From: an uncultured Methanosarcinales archaeon | GTDB lineage: Archaea > Nanobdellota > Nanobdellia > Woesearchaeales > GW2011-AR9 | DNA: 64,000 nucleotides | Direction: 5' to 3' | Assembly: GCA_964343575.1 (NCBI GenBank) | Contig: CAYFJV010000001.1 | Coordinates: 286,705-350,704 of the forward strand | In this document: in pieces, positions 58,516 through 64,000 of the stretch | How the letters are laid out: each line of letters starts with the position of its first letter | How positions within the stretch are numbered: position 1 is the stretch's first letter | Program-made: the position numbers and the translations under genes | Notes under the pieces: generated by a model | What the model saw: only the letters and a program-made list of their open reading frames with translations | Told to the model about the DNA's origin: nothing | Databases searched by the model: none

Positions 58516-59619
58516 ATGGTAGTACGTTTGGTTGGAAGAGCAGAAGATGCATTAGCAAGATTGCTTCCTAGAGCCGTGAAAAGAGGAGTCATTGGACGCA
58601 GTGGTATTCTTTCTAGTGGAGCTGCTAACCACCGACCAATGCTTCCTGGAGAGGCAAGAGCACTTGGTTATAAAGAAGCACTTTTTCAGCTCCCAGATGG
58701 AACAAGCATCAATGGACTTTTACGTGATGCCGGCCAAGGAAGCAGAGTAGTAATTGCAAGTCCAGGTTTTCTCTCTGATCGCTATGGTAACCCTGCAAGA
58801 AGCTTTGCTCGCGCTGCTCATCGCCATCTTGAGGGAACTGTTCTTATCCTTGATCATGCTACAAGTGCTCCTTTTATCGCAGCAAATGGGGCGAGTTGGA
58901 GTGGGCCAGATGAAGGATACATTCTTACCGAAGTTGCAAAGCAATTGCGAGAAGAGAGAGGATATGCTTCTTCTGCGATTGGTTTGTTTGGTATTAGTAC
59001 TGGAGGTCTTGGGGTTATGCATGCTTTGTATAGAGGAGGACCAGAGATATTTCAGTTTGGTTTAACTTTCTCTGCAGTGAGCGATCCCAAACCAGCCCTT
59101 CCTTATGCTCTACGTACCTTACACTGGGAAGGACCATTGGGGCCCTGTCCAGAGAGAGGAAGAAGACATTTAGCAACCTATCTTGGTTTGCAAGGCTTAC
59201 TTCCCCCCATGTGGAGAAAATTAGGTGAAGCAGGAATTAAAACAAAAAGAGATCTTGTTCTTGCCTTTCGAGATAGCGAACGTTATCGTAACAAAGGTTT
59301 AGTTGGTGAATTGTTCAAACCCTACCAAGGAGATGGACTTCATACAGACGTAAATGGTTCTGGACTTGAGAGTATGCAATACTTAGATCGTTGCGATGCT
59401 GTTCCTTTAGTTGATAGGATAGCAGTTCCTCTTCGCTTAGTGCATGCAAGAAATGATCCATCTATTGGTATAGATCATTTTGATAGAGTAATGGATGCCG
59501 CAAGACGAAATCCAAATGTTTCTGGAGAGTGTACTCCTCGTGGCGGACATAATGGTTTTAGGGCTCGTTATGGAGATAAGTGGATTAAAGAACAATTTGA
59601 TAGATATTTATGCGCTTGA
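58516..59619 (+). CDS. Alpha/beta hydrolase (YheT-like)
   Basis: GISTGG nucleophile elbow, HARNDP, GGHNGF. Confidence 0.8.
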   Translation: MVVRLVGRAEDALARLLPRAVKRGVIGRSGILSSGAANHRPMLPGEARALGYKEALFQLPDGTSINGLLRDAGQGSRVVIASPGFLSDRYGNPARSFARAAHRHLEGTVLILDHATSAPFIAANGASWSGPDEGYILTEVAKQLREERGYASSAIGLFGISTGGLGVMHALYRGGPEIFQFGLTFSAVSDPKPALPYALRTLHWEGPLGPCPERGRRHLATYLGLQGLLPPMWRKLGEAGIKTKRDLVLAFRDSERYRNKGLVGELFKPYQGDGLHTDVNGSGLESMQYLDRCDAVPLVDRIAVPLRLVHARNDPSIGIDHFDRVMDAARRNPNVSGECTPRGGHNGFRARYGDKWIKEQFDRYLCA

Positions 59620-59667
59620 GTGAAAAAGAGAGCTAAATTTTATAAAAAAACAAGCAACTTTTCTCCC

Positions 59668-60459
59668 ATGTTAGTGATAGATGACGTTGTTAGAAAAGGA
59701 AGAACTGCCCTTTGTAGAAGAGAGCTTCCCTTCATTGACGATTTGCGATTTCTTTACCGAGAAGTTCCAGAACTAGAGCAAGCCGCACTTGTTGGAGGAC
59801 TTGCTTGTCGTCTTGCTTCTTCCAGGACCTATCAGCAAAGAGATCCTGCAACAGACATTGACTTAGTTCTTCCTGAAATGCCAGAATCTCTTGCAAAGCA
59901 TTCTTCTTTAGTTAGAAAGTTTCTCATTGAGAGATCTGGCGTAGTTTATTCTTCTATGCTAGGTGTTATTGATATGACTGAAGTTAATGAAGAAAAACCG
60001 TATCACCAACTTGAGCTCAGAGACGCGCAAAGAGACGATAGAGAAGTAGTTCCAGATATTTTTACTGGAAGAATTGGACTGCTTAAAGTTCCAGAATGAG
60101 TAGAACATAGCTCATTGGTCTTAAAAGAAGGAAGTGGTAATGAAGGGAGGAAGCTGCTTTATGTGGCAGATAGAGCTTTGCTTCTAGCAAGCTGTTTGAA
60201 CTCTGACTCATATGTTCTTCATAGGGGAAGACGTTCAAGAGGAGTAATTGAAACTATGTGTGATGAGGGAAATATCTTTGGAGACGATCCAGAAGAAGTT
60301 TCTCGAAGGGTAGTAGAAGTTTTTGTCTACAACGGTTGGGGCAGAGCAGAGTTTGATGGTGCTTGGAAGTTTGCTAAGCGAATAAAAAAGAAAGCTGGAA
60401 GGCCTAACACAGATTTTAGAGACTTTTGCGCCAGAGTTTATGATAGACTTGCTGCTTAG
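59668..60459 (+). pseudogene. Nucleotidyltransferase-like gene interrupted by one in-frame TGA (60097-60099)
   Basis: VGGLA...TDIDLV; the ORFs before and after the stop share a frame. Confidence 0.55.
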
Positions 60460-60476
60460 ATTTCTTTTATCTTTTC

Positions 60477-60797
60477 TTATCTTCCCGAACCTGTAGTGTA
60501 GAACACCTTTTGGTTGGTTTTGAATTCTTGACAATAACGCTGCTTCAAACTTTGTATTACCCAAGGATCACCACCCACCAAAGAATCATCAAGAGGATCA
60601 GAAGAAAGTGTTGGATAAAAGTCAACTGTGCAAATTGTGTCGCCATTTTTGTCTGGAAAACGTACAACTTCATAGTCTCCTTCCATTCTTTTTTCTGTAG
60701 CAATGGTTTCTACGCTTGCTTGAAAGGCGCGCATTGCAGCACAGTTTGGCTGTGTGCCCAGAAGAGTAAGGAGCAACCCAAGAGTTCTTGTTCTCAT
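60477..60797 (-). CDS. Small secreted hypothetical protein
   Basis: Basic N-terminus plus hydrophobic core; three Cys. Confidence 0.55.
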   Translation of the reverse strand: MRTRTLGLLLTLLGTQPNCAAMRAFQASVETIATEKRMEGDYEVVRFPDKNGDTICTVDFYPTLSSDPLDDSLVGGDPWVIQSLKQRYCQEFKTNQKVFYTTGSGR

Positions 60798-60914
60798 GGG
60801 AATCTTGGAGGGTGATTAGTATATAAGTGTGATGAAAGGAGAAGTTGATTGACAAGGCACCATTTTGTCTTTTTTTCAATAATATTTATAAAAAAGTTGA
60901 AATCTTGGCAAGAG

Positions 60915-61781
60915 GTGGATTACAAAGAACCCTCACAAATACTTGTTGCCGCAGGAACAAACGTTGGTGGAAGATCAAGAAACGAAGATAATTTTTTCGG
61001 CACCACTTCTTCTGGTATTGAAGAAGTTATTGCCTACGCAGGAGTTTATGATGGAATAGGTGGCCACGCTAATGGTCATGTAGCAAGTGCTTCTTTACAA
61101 GAAGGTGCAAAGGGCGTTTTTTTAGAAGATTCTCAGATGGAATTAGATGATGAAGGGGCAGCATCTTTACATGCTCTTGTTCTTAGCGAAGGGTACAGAA
61201 CCCTTCGTGAAAGAGTGGGAGAATTCTCTGATTCTGGGACTACCTACGTTGCAGCTGTTGTTTACAAAAATAAAGCAAGCAATAGGGTGAGGTCAGTTGT
61301 TGGCCATGTGGGAGATTCTCGAGCTTACCTTTCTGAAGAAGATGGATTAAAGCAACTCACAGAAGATCACAGTTATGTGAATAAAGAGAAAAGAGAAATC
61401 CGAGAAAGACTTGAGAGGAAAGGACTTCAAGGTGATGATCTTGAAGCAGCATTTGATCAAGAAGTGGAAGAGAGAAATAATGAGTTCTTCTATGCTAGAG
61501 CATGGATTTCAAGATTTCTCATAGCAAGAGATGAGGATCCTCCTGAAGCAGATTATTCTTCTTCAGACATGAGCGCAGGCCAAGTTTATCTCTTCTGTAG
61601 CGATGGACTTACTGACTTTGTTGACGATGAAAAAATTCAAGAGATTGTTGTAAAAGAGATTCATAGCAAAGATCAAGTTGGCCAAGACGAAGTCCAAGGC
61701 TGTGTTGATGCCCTCATTGAAGAAGCGCTTGATAATAACACAGGAGATAATGTTACGGTGGCAATCCTTTACGCTGCTTGA
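60915..61781 (+). CDS. PP2C family protein phosphatase
   Basis: RSRNED, DGIGGH, GTT, HVGDSRAY, CSDGL, DNVT. Confidence 0.93.
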   Translation: MDYKEPSQILVAAGTNVGGRSRNEDNFFGTTSSGIEEVIAYAGVYDGIGGHANGHVASASLQEGAKGVFLEDSQMELDDEGAASLHALVLSEGYRTLRERVGEFSDSGTTYVAAVVYKNKASNRVRSVVGHVGDSRAYLSEEDGLKQLTEDHSYVNKEKREIRERLERKGLQGDDLEAAFDQEVEERNNEFFYARAWISRFLIARDEDPPEADYSSSDMSAGQVYLFCSDGLTDFVDDEKIQEIVVKEIHSKDQVGQDEVQGCVDALIEEALDNNTGDNVTVAILYAA

Positions 61782-61791
61782 GAAGAGAGGT

Positions 61792-62850
61792 TCAGCTAAA
61801 CCTCTTCATTGTCTTGTGTTCCACCCAAGCCTTTATCTTTGCAGGAATTTTTCCTGTGAGCACAAAGTTTTTGTAAATGAGAACTCCGTGCGTTTTTGCT
61901 AAACTGATCACCATCGGTCGTGGTTGTGAATGATATTCTTTGAGCATTTCTTTTTCTTCAAGAGCCCTAATATTGCGCACCACCACCTTTGCTTGTTTTT
62001 CTGCGTTTTGTGCGGTCTTCTCCTCTTTAATACTTGTTACATCTCCTGCAGCAAAGATGTGTTTGTACTTCCCAACTTGCAGGTTCTGGTTTACTTTAAT
62101 GTAAGACTTTTCCGTGAGACATTCTGTGCTGCTGCAGATGCCAAGTTCCTTGCTGTTTGGAGTGATCCCTACACACAAAAAGACCATATCTGGCTCAAAA
62201 ACAGTTCCTTTATTTGAGAAATATTTTCTTCCTTCCTTCTTGATCACCTTCTCTTGAAAATGAAACTTTACTCCTCTCTTTTTTAGAAAGTCTTTTGCAT
62301 AATCTCTTGCTTTCTTTGGATTCCTTTCAATCAGTTCTGATCTTGCATGGGCCACAATAAGTTCAATCTCAGGATGATGCTCAGCAATCTCTGCTGCAAG
62401 TTCTGTTCCCACCACCCCGCCACCAATGATAAGAATTTGTTTTGCATGTTCTAACTTGTGCGTGTGTTCTCGAAGCTCATGCGCTCTTGAAGTGATGATG
62501 ACATCAGCTTCTTTGATTGGAGAGTTATAACTGGAACCTGTTGCAACAATAAGATAGTCAAAAGGGATTGCTTTTTCTTGGTCCCTTATATGTACTTCAT
62601 TCTCTGTAACATTTACTACGTGTCCCCTAATGATCTTTGTGTGATGCAAATAATGACTGTGAAGGGTTTGGATTAGTTTGATATGTTTTGGTTCAACTAA
62701 TGTTCTAAGAATGCTTGGAGTGAATTCAAAGTAGTTTTTGCTATCAATAAGTGTAACTTGGAAGTTTTTATCTTTCTCTAGCTGCTGTGCACAGTAGGCT
62801 CCCGCAAAGCCCCCTCCGATGATTACTACTTTTTTCTTATCTTGAATCAT
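61792..62850 (-). CDS. FAD-dependent pyridine nucleotide oxidoreductase (AIF/NDH-2-like)
   Basis: GGGFAG, ATGS, GGGVVGTE, FAAGD. Confidence 0.9.
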   Translation of the reverse strand: MIQDKKKVVIIGGGFAGAYCAQQLEKDKNFQVTLIDSKNYFEFTPSILRTLVEPKHIKLIQTLHSHYLHHTKIIRGHVVNVTENEVHIRDQEKAIPFDYLIVATGSSYNSPIKEADVIITSRAHELREHTHKLEHAKQILIIGGGVVGTELAAEIAEHHPEIELIVAHARSELIERNPKKARDYAKDFLKKRGVKFHFQEKVIKKEGRKYFSNKGTVFEPDMVFLCVGITPNSKELGICSSTECLTEKSYIKVNQNLQVGKYKHIFAAGDVTSIKEEKTAQNAEKQAKVVVRNIRALEEKEMLKEYHSQPRPMVISLAKTHGVLIYKNFVLTGKIPAKIKAWVEHKTMKRFS

Positions 62851-62956
62851 TGGCTGGTGTTTGTTAAGAGCTTATATAAAATTAACTTTGAAGAAGATAA
62901 AAGTTTGAAAGAGAGTTTGAGAGAAAGAGAAGAAAAAAAGAAAAAATGGGGGCCCA

Positions 62957-63346
62957 CTAGTGTTTGCTCAACGCATACTCACCTGGACCTGTAAGGTACA
63001 GGTTAATGAGTGCTGCAATCCCTACTAACTGGAAAAGTGCTCTTACCGTATCTGAGCCCCCAAGGGCAAACTGTCCCAAGTGCATGGTAAAGAGAGCCAC
63101 TACTAAAATTACAAAGAGAGGTGCGATTGTCCATCTTATTTGCCATCCTAAAATCAGCGCTGCTCCTCCTAGGACTTCTACTAGAATCAGTATCCATACT
63201 AGAAACATACTCAAACCCAACATTTCACTTACGCCTGCAGCATTTCCTGCCTTTTGCAAACCTGGAACGAGAAAGAGTAAACCCATGAATACTCTTAGAA
63301 CTGTTGGCGCATATTTTTCATAATCATCTTTCATTATTTTCACCAC
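62957..63346 (-). CDS. DoxX family membrane protein
   Basis: LRVFMG...QK, EVLGG, GPGEYAL. Confidence 0.88.
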   Translation of the reverse strand: MVKIMKDDYEKYAPTVLRVFMGLLFLVPGLQKAGNAAGVSEMLGLSMFLVWILILVEVLGGAALILGWQIRWTIAPLFVILVVALFTMHLGQFALGGSDTVRALFQLVGIAALINLYLTGPGEYALSKH

Positions 63347-63465
63347 CGTTGTTTTGTTGATGGATAAGAAAACTCCATTAGAGGATTAATAGTTAACTTG
63401 AGATTGTTGAAAGAAAGTTTTGATTGGGTCATGAAATTTTTCACGAAACTCTAGCAAAATATTAA

Positions 63466-63972
63466 CTATTTCTTCTCTTCAAGCAGCCGTACACACTCTT
63501 CAAGTGCGTACTCTCCAAAGGTTGCAAGTCGATCAAACTCTCCAAAAATTTCATCTAAGAAATCTTCTTTCCTGTGGCCAGTATATCTTAAGGGAGAGAA
63601 TTCTCCTTGAGGAGTTATTGTTACACTAAAATATCCAAGAGGAAAACGCAAGTTTGCTTCAAACTCATATGTTTCTTGGCCCTCTTCTTGATTTCTTATC
63701 AACCTTAGGCCAACTGATGAAGGCGGAATTCTTCCAGGTATCCCCTCAAACCCTTCCGTTATCTGTTGATGAATTTTCCTTTTAGTTGCCAAAATTTTTG
63801 ATCCACGATAAATATGAATAAAACTATAGGGTTCGTTTCCTTTGATAAAGGAGAAACTATGGTCAAGCGCAAGAGATCTTTCAGAACGATAAAAAGTATC
63901 CAACTCTTCAAGAAAGGTTTCTTCAGTAGGATTAGATGGTGAAAACCCAAGGGCATCTGTTTTAGGAGGCAT
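63466..63972 (-). CDS. Hypothetical protein
   Basis: 168-aa ORF. Confidence 0.55.
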   Translation of the reverse strand: MPPKTDALGFSPSNPTEETFLEELDTFYRSERSLALDHSFSFIKGNEPYSFIHIYRGSKILATKRKIHQQITEGFEGIPGRIPPSSVGLRLIRNQEEGQETYEFEANLRFPLGYFSVTITPQGEFSPLRYTGHRKEDFLDEIFGEFDRLATFGEYALEECVRLLEEKK

Positions 63973-64000
63973 AAAAACTAAGTTTCCTCTCTCTTCTAGG

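Noticed and set aside
60097..60099. Selenocysteine or genome-wide TGA recoding
   Set aside because: TGA terminates conserved genes at their expected ends (csaA, tfs, smc); no Cys-like redox context or evident SECIS
58432..61781. Island integrated at tRNA-Glu
   Set aside because: Accessory genes follow the tRNA, but no integrase or duplicated tRNA 3' end was seen in the window
1..64000. CRISPR array, diversity-generating retroelement, IS element, provirus
   Set aside because: No regularly spaced repeats, reverse transcriptase, transposase, integrase or capsid genes recognised; similarity between the M23 paralogs looks like ordinary divergence rather than adenine-specific variation

Overview
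AT-rich archaeal chromosome segment, most consistent with a DPANN lineage such as Woesearchaeota. This is inferred from archaeal informational genes, TATA/BRE promoters, GGGGTGA-type Shine-Dalgarno (SD) sites and many lineage-type hypothetical genes. Core genes are dph5 (partial), csaA, proS, ftsZ (FtsZ2 type), rps6e, ileS, tfs, bud32, GINS, smc, secE, spt5, signal peptidase I and transketolase. They are interleaved with singleton accessory genes: four toxin-antitoxin modules (two with antitoxin ORFs missing from the ORF track), four M23 peptidases (three in tandem), two B12-binding radical SAM enzymes, an ArmA/Rmt-like 16S methyltransferase, and a duplicated module of a membrane-anchored wHTH regulator facing a secreted helical protein. 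Non-coding highlights are a tRNA-Glu(UUC) with two bulge-helix-bulge (BHB) introns (19/20 and 37/38), a structured rps6e leader with a uORF and an SD-occluding hairpin, 3' hairpins displaying anti-SD-like loops, and a repeat-rich ftsZ upstream region. No CRISPR array, rRNA, transposase, integrase or reverse transcriptase was seen. All family calls come from motif recognition by eye, not from database searches.
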